Source: Glaucostegus cemiculus (taxonomy: Eukaryota). From it: a stretch of 64,000 bases of DNA. A program made the translations under genes and the position numbers. The DNA is taken from NCBI GenBank assembly GCA_976551045.1, contig CDPCPM010000052.1, forward strand, positions 5,766,001-5,830,000. Direction: 5' to 3'. The notes beneath the pieces were generated by a model. It saw only the letters and a program-made list of their open reading frames with translations. It was not told the DNA's origin and ran no database searches. Below are positions 63,430 through 64,000 of the stretch, piece by piece; within the stretch, counting starts at the first letter, position 1; every line of letters begins with the position of its first letter.

Positions 63430-64000
63430 AGTGTCTCACAAAATTTATGAAGTTTTTTTTGAAGAGGTGTCCAAGAGGATTGATGAGGGCAGGGCAGAAG
63501 ATATCTTCTACATAGACTTTAGCAAGGCTGGTTGCATCACTGCCTGGTATGGATGCTTCAGCGCACAGGATCGCAAGAGGCTGCAGAGGGATGTAGATTC
63601 AGCCAGCTCCATTGTGGGAACAACCCTTGCCGCCATCGAGGACATCAGCAAGAGTCGGTGCACCAAGAAGGCAGCATCCATCACTAAGGACCCTCTCTAT
63701 CCAGGTCATGCTCTCTTCTTGTTATCACCATCAGGGCGAAGGTACGGGAGCCTGAAGATCACACTCAGTGATTCAGAAACAGCTTCTTCCCCTCCACCAT
63801 CAGATTTCTGAATGGTCCATGAACACTACCTCATTATTCCAGTTTTTTGCACTTTATTTTTGTAATTTATTATAATTTTATATTTTTGCACTGTACTGCT
63901 GCCACAAAACAACAAATTTCACATCACATAAGTCATATCTGATTCTGATTTGGGCTATTGACAAGTGCCTGCATGATAGGCTGGTTCTGAAGGTGAGCGA
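63430..64000 (+). mobile_element. CR1 RT fragment interrupted by a Rex1 insertion
   Basis: FFEEVSKRIDEGRAEDIFYIDFSKA (to 63529) resumes after 63952 as a decayed DKxxHxRLVxKV. Confidence 0.8.
63530..63950 (+). mobile_element. Rex1/Babar LINE 3' end
   Basis: GCITAWYG...DRKRLQR...KKAASITKDPLYPGHALFLLSPSGRRYGSLK, 3' UTR, ctgattctgatt tail; short duplication ggct at 63526-63529 and 63953-63956. Confidence 0.88.

Noticed and set aside
63431-63811. 126-aa ORF as a novel CR1-Rex1 chimeric protein
   Set aside because: The CR1 sequence resumes after the Rex1 tail (from 63953) with a ggct duplication, so this is a nested insertion that is in frame by chance.
1-64000. ORF-track entries as host protein-coding genes
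   Set aside because: All are short; the recognisable ones are frameshifted CR1, RTE, Rex1 or Penelope fragments, and the rest are low-information chance ORFs. No chain of frame-compatible exons was found.

Overview
Vertebrate (eukaryotic) non-coding DNA, most likely from a cartilaginous fish (ray/skate/shark). This is inferred from the repeat families present, not from any database search. No protein-coding exon, rRNA, tRNA gene or CRISPR array could be supported. Every recognisable ORF in the track is a decayed retroelement fragment: CR1 (ORF2 pieces and one ORF1 esterase), RTE, Rex1/Babar, L2 and Penelope-like (RT and GIY-YIG). There are also tRNA-derived SINEs (including Deu-type) and two Tigger/pogo-like MITEs. 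Unique tracts look T/G-rich on the + strand by eye, consistent with a large intron of a + strand gene that cannot be named. Most notable: (i) many short Penelope-derived elements carry a minimal hammerhead-ribozyme motif and often start or fold back at its core; (ii) four local inverted duplications (4125-6970, 18692-19106, 49379-49525, 57291-57926) lack a transposase in the spacer, and two tightly flank exon-like segments; (iii) small templated copy events; (iv) a back-to-back pair of nuclear-receptor DR1 sites in a repeat-poor tract. Repeat boundaries are approximate (tens of bp) unless a TSD or exact motif is quoted.
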